DNA of 64,000 bases from NCBI GenBank assembly GCA_964016885.1, contig OZ024744.1:98146001-98210000 (forward strand), written 5' to 3'. Source of the DNA: Eledone cirrhosa. Taxonomy: Eukaryota. Positions 1-12,500 of the stretch are shown piece after piece (position 1 is the stretch's first letter; each line of letters opens with the position of its first letter). The notes beneath the pieces were generated by a model, which worked only from the letters and a program-made list of their open reading frames with translations, made no database searches and was not told where the DNA came from. Made by a program: the position numbers and the translations under genes.

Positions 1-966
1 CTTTATATTGTTGTATCCTTGTCTTTGTCTTGCTTATCTTATATATCATCATCACATTCATCATCGTTTAATGCCTATTTTCAATGCTTGCATGGGTCTG
101 ATGGTTTGTCACATAATGAGATTAGTTATGTCAGGTGACCATGTCTTACATATTGATTTTATAAGGTATGCCTCTGCAAGCTTTCAGTCTACCAAATTTC
201 TTTTGTAAGATATTGATTGAACTATATATATAGCAAAATCTGTCCACACCTTGACCCCTGGGTGATATTTAACGGTCATTTTTAGGGTTATCTCCTTTCG
301 GGTATAAACAGGTCTGAGAGTGGACAACTTTTGAGAGAGAGGTCAGTCTTTTGTTCTCAAGGCTTGGGGACAGAGAAAGCGACATAGATAAATAGCCTGT
401 CTTAGATCAAGCCGGGGGGGAGAGGGCACTTCGAAGCAGTTCTTGATAGAGTAAACATGTAAAACATTTGACTTCTACAGACCTCTTGGGGTCTTACAGA
501 CTCTTACTTTCTCTGTTTCACTCAATCTCTATCTCTTGGTCTCTCTCTTATCCAAGCCAGTGAAGTTCATGAAGTTTTCTTGGTAAATACAATTTAATTC
601 TACTTTTACAAACAAACAAATAACGTACATAATTCCTGTGTATTTTTCATATAGCTTTGCTGTGAGCTATTTTCAATAAATTACTGTCAATTAAATGATT
701 TACTTTAAATCCTTGTTAATCTTTATTCTTTATATATATATTTAATTTGTCGGTTATTCAACAAAAATATTTATATTTATAACAGATTCGAAGCACTTGA
801 CAGGTCTTCTGGAGTAGAATATCCTTTTTTAATTTTTTGGTACCCCCTTTTTATACTCCCACCTGCAAGCATGTGTGTATTTATAGTTTGTCTGCCTATA
901 TGTTTATGCACACACACGCGCACGTGTATGTATGAATGTGTTTGTGTGTGTATATTTATAGGTGTT

Positions 967-998
<32 letters not shown>

Positions 999-1011
999 CA
1001 TGTGTGTGTGT

Positions 1012-1314
1012 CATCATCATCATCGTTTAACGTCCATCTTCCACGCTTGCATGGGTTTGGACGGGAGTTTTCCCCACTTGAGGCAAGATTGGTTGTCTTG
1101 CTCGTATAGGACTGTCTGGCAGGTTTTCTACGGCTGGCTACCCTTCCTAACACCAACCACGTTTACAGTGTGGGGCTGGGAGGTTTTTACCGTGTTACCT
1201 ACACGGCCACATTACAGCATGGACTGTGTGTTTTTTTCGTGACACCGACACGATCTCATTTATTTCGGATTGGATTACATCGAAAGGGGTGGTGTGGATG
1301 ATGTGTGTGCGTGT

Positions 1315-1345
<31 letters not shown>

Positions 1346-1729
1346 TTAGAGATGCCTACTGACTGTAGGTTTCGCTTTGTACTTAGGCAAGGCGGGTCTT
1401 CTGTATTACTGAGTACCGCCAAAGATCTCGGTCCAGTGGCATTGTCTTGGAGAGGTGTAAGTGTGTGAGGTCGGAATTTATCAAGTCGTCCCAGGTTTTT
1501 CTGGGTCTGCCTACTCCGTGGCTACCGTCTATTTTTATCGCCCTGCACTTTTTTATACAGCTGTCGACTTTCATGCACATCACGTGACCATACCAACGTA
1601 GTCTTCTCTCGAGTAAACAGCATCTGATCCCTCTTATTCCTAATTTCTCCCTTAGTTCATTTATGCTTTGCTGTTCACGTATATTACTATTGCACATCCA
1701 GCGGAGCATGCAAGCTTCGTTCCTCTCCA
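1012..1729 (-). mobile_element. 5'-truncated RTE-clade LINE (ORF C-terminus, 3' UTR, (GAT)n tail)
   Basis: ORF 1383-1730 ERRLRWYGHV...GRPRKTWDD; nearly identical to 16609-17330; ends in a cat repeat. Confidence 0.9.
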
Positions 1730-2167
1730 ATATATATATATATGTGTGCGTATATATATGTATATATGTTTTTGTATATATGTGTGTATGGATTTACGTA
1801 TGTTTATATGTATGCGTGTGTTGATTTTTTATTGCATGTGTGTGTGCGCGCGCGCATCTGTACGTATGTGTGGGTTATGTACCTATGAAATTCATCTATC
1901 TAATTTATTGTTTTTTTGTATGTGTATATATATATGTGTGTATATATATATATATATATGCATATATATATATGTATATATATATTTATATATATACATA
2001 TATGTGTGTGTGTTTGTATGTGCATAGGTATATATATATATGCATATCATGTGTATTTGTTTATTTAAGTTGTTTGTATTTATTCCCCCCCCCCCTCCCC
2101 ACACACACCTTTCGTTGTCAACACGTCCTTTTTTTACTTTATTTTGATTTTAATTTTCTTATATACA

Positions 2168-3213
2168 CAGTGTGCGGACGATATCTGTTCGCAAGATTAC
2201 TGTCTAGGAAAAAATAACACAGTAGTTTTATTTTTTAAGATATATTTATCAAACTTGGGTCAGTTTGTCTTCATGACTTGTTCATTCGATCTCACTCGAT
2301 AAACCCGCCATTGGATTTGATGACGGCCTCAAGACTGCCTCGGGACCGGCTACAGGCCTTTGTCACTATCCCCCGACTTAGGCCCCTAAAGGCACTTGTG
2401 ATCCTGGCCTTCAGATCGTCTTTCGTATTGCAGCTAGATCTGTTGGTGTTTCGTTCCACTGCGCCCCACACAAAGAAGTCAAGGGGGTTGCAGTCAGGCG
2501 AGCTGGGAGGCCAGATGTCAGGTGAAGTGTGGTCGACGAAGTTCTCTGACAGCCGGGCTTGGGTCTTTTTGCTGGTATGGCAGGGCACTGAGTCTTGCTG
2601 CCACACGTACGGCCTACCTGCAGCTACCTGGTCGATCCAGGGCTTTACTAGCTCACTCAGAACGCGGATGTAGCCATCGGTGTTTAGGTTGAGGCCCTCA
2701 GGGAAGAAGTGAGGTGGCATGGCGTCACCTTGACTGCTGACGACACCTAAGACCAATGTTGTCGCTGGAAACTTTGTCTGCATGACTCTGGGCACGTCTT
2801 TGGATGAGACAGCGAGCCACCTGTTGTTCTGGGAGTTGATCTTCTGGTCTTATTTGTCCTCCCGGCTCGGATTTCAAGAAGAACTGTGTCTCTTCCACAA
2901 ATTTGGAGGTTCAAAATTATTCATAATTAATTATTGTGAAAATTAATAATGGACATATAGTCACTGTTTTTATGAAGTCAAGAGTGACAACGCAAGTAAA
3001 AAAAATTTGCATAAAATTAGCAGTTGAAAATTACAAACAAATATCGTCCACACCCTGTATATATATATATTTTTTGAAAAAATTTGCATAAAATTAGCAG
3101 TTGAAAATTGCGAACAAATATCGTCCGCACCCTGTATATATATTTTTTTTTTGAAAAAAAATTTGCATAAAATTAGCAGTTGAAAATTGCGAACAAATAT
3201 CGTCCGCACCCTG
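2168..3213 (-). mobile_element. Tc1/mariner superfamily DD37D (maT-type) transposon, internally deleted
   Basis: TIR cagtgtgcggacgatatctgttcgcaa at 2168 matches ttgcgaacaaatatcgtccgcaccctg|TA at the right end. Confidence 0.85.
2292..2850 (-). pseudogene. DD37D transposase C-terminal half
   Basis: WQQD...WPPSSPDCNPLD with 37 residues between the second and third Asp; N-terminal half missing. Confidence 0.85.
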
Positions 3214-3324
3214 TATATATATATATATATTTTTTGAATTTTTTTATCTTATTTATTTATTTAGTTATTTCTGCTTCTGAACCACCTCCAATGGTTTGCA
3301 CATATTGATATGTGCATGTGCATG

Positions 3325-3562
3325 CCAGAAGGCTCATTTGGCCGGTGCTTATCCCGGTTTCGTGAAGCGACTGAGAGTACTAGACTCCCCCCCTGGACAG
3401 GACGCCAGTCCATCGCAGGGTTAAACCTCCAGCTATTGCTGGTACTCATTTTCAGCTGAGTATACTGGAGCAACGTGAAATGAAGTGTTTTGCTCAAGAA
3501 CACAACACGCAACCCAGGAATCGAGCCCACGACATTATGATCGTAAGTCCAACACCCTCACC
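3325..3562 (-). mobile_element. tRNA-derived SINE with V-domain-like core
   Basis: Minus strand B-box-like GCTCGATTCC, CORE-like ttcttgagcaaaacactt, and cctgcgatggactggcgtcctgtccagggg resembling the V-SINE domain. Confidence 0.6.
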
Positions 3563-4044
3563 ACATATATATATATATATGTGTGTGTATGCATGTATGG
3601 GTATGTATGTGTACGTGTGTGTGTGTATATATATATATATGTGTATGTGCACATTCGCGTATGTATACAGCTTTTTGTTTTTGTGTTTGTATGTATGTAC
3701 ATATGTGTGTGTATACCCTTTTTTTATATGTGTGTGCATGTATTTGTGTGTACATATGTGAGTGCAAATATATTTATGTATATGTATGTGTATGTATATG
3801 TATGTGTATGTATTTATGTTCCTGTTCATATTTCCATGTAGACGCAAATACGCTTATGTGAGAAAGTGTACGTCTACGTACTATTACGTATATGCGCGTG
3901 GTTCAGTATGTGTATGTTTATGTTCTGGATATTTATTTATATTTTTTTTTTTCCCCTATTTCCCTTTTGCCCGTTTTTTCAGCCTCATTTTCATATTTCC
4001 TAAATTCTGTTTTCAAATCCATATTTAATAAAAACACCATGTTA

Positions 4045-4105
4045 TTTATTCTGACGACTGAAGACAGACATTACATTTGCCTTCAAGAAACCACTGGTAA
4101 ATGAA
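4045..4105 (+). ncRNA. Type I hammerhead ribozyme motif
   Basis: tttatt-CTGACGA-c-tgaag..cttca-a-GAAA-cc act gg-TA-aatgaa; stems I, II and III all pair. Confidence 0.7.
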
Positions 4106-5539
4106 ATAATTATCTTATGTTGTTTATTTCATAACTAATAAATAAATAAATATATATATATATGTATATATCAATGATATTAATAAATGGAAACTATATT
4201 TATAAAACCATATTTATTCTATTATATATATTTCAAAGGTATCAAAACTTTGGTACGCTCTCAAACAAACCAAACTAGCAATAATAATATTTTTAATAAC
4301 AATATTCATAATAATAGTACCGTTCCTAGTTACAACAACTCCAGAAAATGTAACTGTAGAATTGAATCAAACTGCCTTAGACAAAAACTTAATTTATAAA
4401 TGCCCAGTAAAACCTAGAGACAAAATATTTAACTATATAGGTGCCACTTCTACAAAATTCAAAGAACGCTGGTACAACCACAAACACATTTAATAGGTCC
4501 GATAAAAAAAATCTTCCACTTCACTTTCACATCTAATTTGGAATTTAAAGGACAACAATATAAACTATTCAATATCTTGGGGAACGATTTCGAAAGCACC
4601 TGCATACCGAAATATGGCTTTCTCAAGAATCTGTCATTTGTGTATCGAGGAAATTTTTTTATATAATTAACTGTCAAAACTCTATTAATTTAAATCTATA
4701 ATATTCATTACACTTGACTACATCTTATACACCTTTAAAATTATCCTATTATTTACTGAGGTTTTCTTTAAAAAAAATTTTATTTTTTAAATGATCTTCC
4801 TTCTTAAATTTACTATTTTTACCAATTGATATTCTTTTCCTAATGATACTCTTCTTAATCTATTTTTTAGATTTATATATTTTTTTAGATTGATACTTTT
4901 TAATTGACATTCTGAAAGATATCCTCTTTACGATAGTTCTTCTAAATGCACTCTTGACTTATCTAATAATACATTTGTTCCTCTCTTTAATCTTCAAACT
5001 TTTCACACATCTTTCGACGTAGATAATATATAATTGAAATTCTCATCCTTGAAAAACATGTAATATAAAATACCTTATAATCTCACACAAAATAATATAT
5101 AATTTTCTCTACATACTTTCTAAGTAAATCATTCATCAAATTTAATGGTTAACAAATAATATTGGAGTTATCTTTTCCTTTACAATTGAGAAAACATAGA
5201 CATAATAACTTGTATGATAAATTATATAATTTCACTAAATTAATAATGTTCTGAAAATATTTTCAATGTTGGATGAAAATATTAGAATCTACAAATTGTT
5301 CTTCTCTTACAATTTGAACTACGTCTTTTTCTTAAATATTTATGTAAAATGTAAAATCAACCTCCTTCGTAACTCATTAGAAATGTAAACAATTAATACG
5401 TGTTTTATTTCTATAAAATCACCAATAATACTTATACTTGCACACTTTTTAATCTATATAGATATTTATATACTTACAACCTGTTGCAATATAAGATAAA
5501 ATGTACTTACAACCATAATTCTTCATATAATCTAATTGA

Positions 5540-6300
5540 GGCGATATCCAATTTTAGCGGCCTAAATGCCGCTTACTTGCTGTAGTTGCTGCTTACTTCA
5601 ATGTATGAGGCTATTCCAACAAATTTACATTCCCCCTTTTTTAGCCGTTAAAAGAAATATAGATTTATTTATTGTTTTTTTTTTTGCCACTGGGACATAG
5701 ATTTCTTTATTTGCCCCTTTTTTTGTTTGTTTGTTTTTTTGAGCCTTTTGGGGTCACACACACCCCCGTAGAAAGTGTGCGACCTTTCTGCCAGGGAGCA
5801 CAGAGAGAGGGGGTGCCCCCTTCTTCTCTTACCTGTGGGGATATGTCGCCGGCCAACAAATGGTCCTCTTCTTCCGATACCACTTCGAAAGAAGGATCAA
5901 GGTGGAGAAAAAGGCACTCAGTCCCAGCCAATTCCATGAAAGATGGGTGAAAGTAGCAATAATGGCCCGTGTAAGTGGGCCATCTCTCTATATCGGCTTG
6001 TACAGGTAAGAGAAGGGAGCACCCCCCTCTCTCTGTGCTCCCTGGCAGAAAGATCGCACACTTTCTACGGGGGTGTGTGTGACCCCAAAAGGCTAATAAA
6101 TCGCAAAAAAACAAACAAATAAACAAACAAAAAAGGGGCAAATAAAGAAATCTATGCCCCAGTGGCAAATAAATCGCAAAAAAAAAAAAAAACAATAAAT
6201 AAATCTATATTTCTTTTAACGGCTAAAAAAGGGGGAATGTAAATTTGTTGGAATAGCCTCATACATTGCGGCATTTAGGCCGCTAAATTTGGATATCGCC
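5540..6300. mobile_element. Non-autonomous long-TIR (foldback) DNA element, Merlin-like
   Basis: About 300-bp inverted arms 5540-5836 / 6002-6300, termini GGCGATATCC, exact 8-bp TSD CTAATTGA at 5532-5539 and 6301-6308. Confidence 0.8.
5837..6192 (+). mobile_element. Tx1/L1-like LINE 3' end inside the foldback element
   Basis: Reads FFRYHFERRIKVEKKAL..FHERWVKVAIMARV, homologous to 22130-22275; ends AATAAATCGC then poly(A). Confidence 0.6.
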
Positions 6301-6479
6301 CTAATTGAATATATATATATTATTATAACTCATAATATAGCCAAATATATATTTTTTTAATTCTGGAATCATATTCCACCATTCCTACAAACTGTTAATT
6401 CTTTTTAAATTCACGTAAATACAAGATTTTCTTTCTTTCTCTTTCTTCTTCCTACACATACATATATATATATATATCG

Positions 6480-6610
6480 TAATTGTTTCTACTTTTGGCA
6501 CAAGGCCAGCAATTATCCCAGCGCATTACTGGTACTTTATTTTATTGACCCCGTAAGGATGAAAGGCAAAGTTAACCTCGGCGAGATTTGAACTCAGAAT
6601 GGCAAGGACC
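6480..6610 (-). mobile_element. tRNA-derived SINE (further copies near 14495, 21810, 31770, 47338, 50845, 54838, 60030, 62765)
   Basis: Minus strand GAGTTCAAAT B box, ctttgcctttcatccttacggggtc core and gtagaaacaatt tail. Confidence 0.8.
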
Positions 6611-6788
6611 GTCGTCTAAAAATAACGTTTTTTTCAGCCCTATACCTCAACCTCATTTGCATATTCATCTTAATAATTTGAAATATTTGACTTTTTCTCT
6701 TTCCCCTCTTTCGTTTTACTATCCAGGAAAAACTTGAACCGTTAAGATCTCCTTCCTGGGTATGTCAATATTTATAAAACAAACTTTG

Positions 6789-6849
6789 TATTTTATCTGA
6801 TGAGAGCGTACCAAAGTTTGGGTAACCTTGAAATATATATAATAGAATA
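6789..6849 (+). ncRNA. Minimal hammerhead ribozyme in PLE pLTR
   Basis: tattttat-CTGATGA-stem II-GAAA-tatata-TA-atagaata; palindromic loop III. Confidence 0.7.
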
Positions 6850-6936
6850 AATATGGTTTTATAAATATAGTTTCCATTTATTAATATCATACTCTAGAAA
6901 ATCTGTCGAATGCTTCGAATCAGTTATAAATATATT

Positions 6937-7301
6937 TGTTGTCAATAAGAAACACACGCACCAGTTTCTTTCACTTCAATTTATTATAATAAATTTATAA
7001 ATTTCCGGTTGGTTGGTTCCACAACCAGATGATTGTGACTGGGGATTCTTTTCTTTGTTTTTGTGCCTCTCCTTTGTTCTGTCCTACGCCAACAAGATGG
7101 CGTAGGACGGAACAAAGGAGAGGCACAAAAAACAAAAAACAAAATAAAGAATCCCCAGTCACTGAAGAGGTCACGAAAGAACCTTGACAATATATGAACA
7201 ACCGTCCGGTTGTGGAACCAACCAACCAACCGGAAATTTATAAATTTATTATAATAAATTGAAGTGAAAGCATCTGGTGCGTGTGTTTCTTATTGGCAAC
7301 A
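6937..7301. repeat. PLE pLTR-derived palindrome
   Basis: Arms meet at ctacgcca-acaaga-tggcgtag near 7093; same sequence as the 3' region (24170-24420) of the PLE at 24-26 kb; hammerhead near 7157 has stem II deleted. Confidence 0.8.
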
Positions 7302-7329
7302 TGACCCTCCCAAAATATAACAATATATA

Positions 7330-8132
7330 TATAGCCAAAAGTGGAAAAACTGCATGCCTCGACAATATGTAAAGAAAATAAACCGAATACTCTGATTGCT
7401 GGATAATCTTTAAGATTTTCCTCGATGAAGCAGGAAAAATGTAGGTTTTCACCTAATGCGGGCCCTGGGGGATCAAGAAAATTAATTTTTTTTATGTGCA
7501 TAATATGCCTTGAAATTTCGGGAAAATCGGCTAGACGTAAAGCCTCAAAAAGCCCTAAGAAGCTGGAAAAAATGAAGTTTTTCACCTAATGCGGGCCCTA
7601 GGCCATAAGAGAGTTGGATTTTCTTTGCTTACGGTATGAAGAAGAGACTGACTCATACATAGTTACAATTTCAAGGAAATCGGTCTGACGTAACGCCTCA
7701 AAAAAAACCTAGAAACCTGAAAAAAACGCAGTTTTTCACCTAAGAGATAAAAAAAAAAGTTGAATTTTTTTATGTGCATAATACTCCCTGAAACATAAGT
7801 AACACATGTAAAGTCTGAAAAAAAAATCGGTTGGGTACTTCTCGGGTTTTAGGGATTCACACACACTCAGGAAAGTGACGTAATGCAGACAGTCAGACAT
7901 ACAGACAGATATTATAAGGGCGCAACGTTATATGTATGTATCTATCTAAAAAGAGAAAGACTAAGAATTATAGAGCAAGATCGCTAAATCGCCTAATGCG
8001 GTCCGTAGAGCATTGAAAATTTGAAAATGTGTAAAGTTTGAAAACAGTTGGTTTGGTGGTTCTCGAGTTTTAGGGATTCGAACTCACACACACACAGACA
8101 GACAGACATCCTCAGTTTTATATATATGAGAT
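7330..8132 (-). mobile_element. Non-autonomous Helitron-like element, 5' portion
   Basis: Minus strand starts A|TCTCATATATATAAAACTGAGGATGTCTGTCTGTCTG; internal subrepeats cacctaatgcgggccc. Confidence 0.5.
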
Positions 8133-9091
8133 TATTCAAAATATTAATAAATGAGAAATATCATAACCAAAGAATATATTTTATTATACATATTTCAAAG
8201 GTACAATGGTGTTTCAGTACGTTTTCATCAGATAAAATATATGAGATTGAATATGCGACATGCCGCTAAAGTACTTGAATCATCATTTCCTGTAGTGGCA
8301 GTACACCATTATACCTTTGAAATATGTATAATAAAATATATACTTTGGTTATGATATTTCTCATTTATTAATATTTTGAATAATATTAAATATATATATA
8401 ATCAAGTATAAGCTATACGTTTAGAATACGTATAGCCCAGCCACTATCCATTAACTCTATGGATTTACAGAATTCGCATATATATATGTGTGTTTATTCC
8501 GGGTTCAATCGGGGGTAACCACAGTAAGTAAGGTACTCAATACAAGTTAGAGGTTAAATTTTTAATATAGAAATGGACTAGAACTGTTTCATTCGGGAGA
8601 AATCATCTGGGCTTCCTGATGATTTCTCCCGAATGAAACAGTTCTAGTCCATTTCTATATTAAAAATTTAGATGAGCTTCCTGATAATTTCTCCCGAATG
8701 AAACAGTTCTAGTCCATTTCTATATTAAAAATTTAACCTCTAACTTGTATTGAGTACCTTACTTACTGTGGTTACCCCCGATTGAACCCGGAATAAACAC
8801 ACATATATATATGCGAATTCTGTAAATTCATAGAGTTAATGGATAGTGGCTGGGCTATACGTATTCTAAACGTATAGCTTATACTTGATTATATATATAT
8901 TTAATATTATTCAAAATATTAATAAATGAGAAATATCATAACCAAAGTATATATTTTATTATACATATTTCAAAGGTATAATGGTGTACTGCCACTACAG
9001 GAAATGATGATTCAAGTACTTTAGCGGCATGTCGCATATTCAATCTCATATATTTTATCTGATGAAAACGTACTGAAACACCATTGTACCT

Positions 9092-9092
<1 letters not shown>
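8131..9092. repeat. Nested palindromes of PLE pLTR origin
   Basis: Small IR 8131-8211 / 8293-8385 overlapped by large IR 8198-8607 / 8617-9092; about 63-bp tandem duplication at the centre. Confidence 0.85.
8174..8242 (-). ncRNA. Minimal hammerhead ribozyme
   Basis: 11-bp stem I atatattttat/ataaaatatat, CTGATGA, GAAA-tatgta-TA. Confidence 0.75.
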
Positions 9093-9154
<62 letters not shown>

Positions 9155-9874
9155 AAAACATTGATGCAATCCCATTCAAGAAAAAGTAATTTATCCGCAT
9201 GGAAATGATCTGCAGTTAGGAAAAGAGTGGTGAGCGAATACTCATGAATTGTCAAATAACAATGAAACCATTAGGTTAGATTCTCATCTCAAATTGCTGC
9301 ATAAAAATCCCTTTGTGGAAGATAATTTCATAACGAGATTAAACATACAATGTTTTGTTTGAGTTTGTATGTTTTATATTTTGATAACATCGTTGGTCGT
9401 ACACAAAATAGAAATCCCAATAAGCCAAACCAACAAAAAGGACCCCAATTTTTTTTTTATGTTCTCCAACCGGCCAGCAAACTAATAAATAGACTTATAG
9501 ACTGTGTTCAAAGCCAACGACCGCGGCCCCCTACTTTTTTACCATTATGACCTACTTTGGTAGGTACCTCCACGACAGTGGCTCCCTACTTTTTCCATTA
9601 TGACCTATTTTGGTAGATTTATAAATCTTCCGTGACCCCGCTTTTGTTTTCAGCGATCCCTTCATTTTTTTTTTTTTTTCAATGTTACAAAAAACAAAAA
9701 ACAAAAAAACTTAGTCATCCGCTATTAAGTCTCTCTAGAATAACTAAGGAAGAAGGTAATATCAATCGGGCTTTGTGTAAAAATATATATTTAATTATTA
9801 GCAAAGAGGGGAAATGTGTGGTACGCGCAAACAACGGAATGAACTTTGCGCGTCACAAATTTTCCCCTCTTTAC

Positions 9875-10055
9875 TTGTTTAATCTGTTCAAAGGATAGTT
9901 TAAGATATCAATTAGAAATATGGTTATATAATTTAATTCAGTGTATGAAGTTTTATATAACAACGAAATGAACTTATATAAAATTCCATACACTGAATAT
10001 ATATAACCATATTTCTAATTGATATCTTAAACTATCCTTTGAACAAATTAAACAA
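9875..10055. repeat. MITE-like palindrome
   Basis: About 85-bp arms 9875-9960 / 9974-10055 with a 13-nt spacer; no clear TSD. Confidence 0.7.
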
Positions 10056-11668
10056 ACAACATTTATTTAACAGTTGATCTTTTCTAGTTAATAGTTAAGT
10101 GTATTTTATTTACATAAAGTCCCTAATTAAGAGAAATTTCCAAAATGTTCAGTCGGTTCTAACATTGTGACAGGAAAAATTATTTTAACGCAATTATCTC
10201 CCTTAGATTTGTTTTTAGGTAAACTACAAAATGAACCCCTAAAATACAATTAAGAAAATTAAATATATTAAAACTTGATATTTTTCTCGGTGAAATGAAA
10301 GACTATTTCAGAATTATATCACGAATCCGAATGATATAGCTCAACCTGCTGGAAATAATAGCTATATCACACCATACAATATTTTAAAAAAAAGGCAATC
10401 ACAGGTTATATAAAGATTAATAATAAGTTTGGATTAATAATAAGTTTGGATTAAAGATTAATAATAAGTTTGTTCGTTGAAGCCTGACCGAAAAATTAAT
10501 AATAATTTTATTCGTTGAAGCCTGGCCGAAGGATAAACAATAGTAACCTCCAACGGAGAAAAGACCAAGTCATGCGTTTACAGATGAATAATCAATTAAA
10601 TGGTTTCGCCATACCGATGTACTTATTAAAACTAGATATATTTAGTTAGACAAGATACCTTGATGCATTTTTAAGAATTGTTAACGTTCTACAATAAATT
10701 TAAAGTAAATATTTTCCACATAATCATATATAATTTTTATTCATTTAATGAATAATAAATATTTATCGAATGACATAAATGCGGCGACGTGAGAAAACAC
10801 ACTTTTTGAATATTAATAATGAAAACTATTAAAAAGATATATATAATTTAAATAATACTTACCAGTAAATAACGTGGATTTTCAAACGTTCGTTATTAGT
10901 ACTCGACATGTTTCGAAATAAAATTAAGAGCCGCTCTAAACAGAAGTACCACTTAGAACAAGATGAGTCTAACAATTATTATATAAGTGTATTATAGAGC
11001 GAGCCTCACTTTCGGATTGAAAAAAAAAAAAACCTTCGATAAAAGTACTTGTCAATTTTCCCGTATTAAAAAATTTCGATTAAAAAAAGAGAGTTGGTAA
11101 TAATTGCTTCTTTAAAAATAATAAAAATAATTTTCTTTAGTTTACTAATAGTGTGTGTATGTTATATATATATATATAAATAGACAATGAGTTATACGGT
11201 CTGTTGATTATTATTCAACAATATATTTATATATATATGGCATACATGACTTTTAACGGTCTGAAAAATGAAAGTAAATTTATTTTCATTTTCGAACGTC
11301 GTGCTTACATTTTGTGTGTGCGTTTAGATCTAAATTAGTTACTGAGATTAAAGACAAAATCAGAGTCTCTGTCGTTTTAACTGATTATATATATATATAA
11401 TTTATTATTATTACTATATATATATATAATTTATTATTATTACTATATATATATATAATTTATTATTATTACTATATATATATATATATATATATAGATA
11501 TAGATAGGTAAATATACACGGGTGTGTATGATTGTGTATAGAAGATTATATTAATAAGAGGAATTCCAACTTTGTCTGATTTACTCGTTTTATTTACAAT
11601 CCTTTAAAATATATATAATGGTATTATAATGAAATAGTATGATAGAATATTAAATTCTAAGTGTTAAT

Positions 11669-11707
11669 TGAACAAGTACTTTCATGCTTTCGCAATCTTC
11701 AGGTTCA
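11669..11707 (-). ncRNA. Minimal hammerhead ribozyme
   Basis: Reverse complement of 11764-11802. Confidence 0.75.
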
Positions 11708-11763
11708 TGATATGTGGTGACAGTCGAGTTGAAAATTGCAAACTCGACTGTCACCACATATCA

Positions 11764-11802
11764 TGAACCTGAAGATTGCGAAAGCATGAAAGTACTTGTT
11801 CA
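11764..11802 (+). ncRNA. Minimal hammerhead ribozyme
   Basis: tgaac-CTGAAGA-t tgc gaaa gca t-GAAA-gtac-TT-gttca. Confidence 0.75.
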
Positions 11803-11919
11803 ATTAACACTTAGAATTTAATATTCTATCATACTATTTCATTATAATACCATTATATATATTTTAAAGGATTGTAAATAAAACGAGTAAATCAGACAAA
11901 GTTGGAATTCCTCTTATTA

Positions 11920-11989
<70 letters not shown>

Positions 11990-12114
11990 ATAATAATAAA
12001 TTTGAAGACTAAAATCCAAAGAGGGCTCGATAAGGATAAATATATATCAAATATATAAGAACCGTAGAGCAAATATTTATTAAAATATTAAACTTTAATC
12101 TGTTATTTTAATAA

Positions 12115-12149
<35 letters not shown>

Positions 12150-12500
12150 GTTGACGGTTGAGAGAATACCGAAGTAATCTAGTAATGAGGCTTGCAGAAT
12201 GGTGAGTCCGCCATTCTCTACGCTGCTACCTTGTAGAAGTCCCAAATCGAAGCTGTGACACTCTCATCCCCATCATTCAGCAGGGATTTTGCAAGGCAGC
12301 CGCACCATCTCCGATGGTTGGGCTTCCTATTCGGAAATTGAGGAAATTGAAGGTGGGATTTACAAAATGTAAACACGACGTTCAAAAATGAAAATAAATT
12401 TACTTTCATTATTGCGACCGCCAAGTCATATATGCCTATATATATATATATATATATACAATATATTAATAAATGGAAACTATATTTATAAAACCATAAT

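Larger units (their letters stand above)
4170..6890 (+). mobile_element. Decayed Penelope-like element: inverted 5' pLTR piece, GIY-YIG remnant, long 3' UTR, 3' pLTR
   Basis: 4170-4262 is the reverse complement of 6800-6890; 4340-4700 reads KCNCRIESNCL..IYKC..YIGATSTKFKERWYNHK with frameshifts. Confidence 0.75.
11548..11925. repeat. Near-perfect palindrome with a hammerhead in each arm
   Basis: Arms 11548-11730 / 11741-11925, 10-nt spacer, (TA)n on the right flank. Confidence 0.9.
11239..12436. mobile_element. Merlin-like TIR element with nested insertions
   Basis: About 80-bp TIRs GGCATAYATGAC... at 11239-11318 / 12361-12436; (TA)n flank phase fits an odd-length (9-bp) TSD. Confidence 0.65.

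Noticed and set aside
241-784. Possible solo LTR (TG...CA, TATA, AATAAA)
   Set aside because: Flanks aaatc/gattc do not form a TSD and no internal domain is present.
8610-8660. Complete hammerhead at the palindrome centre
   Set aside because: Core and stem II are present but no stem I pairing was found; counted only as degenerate.
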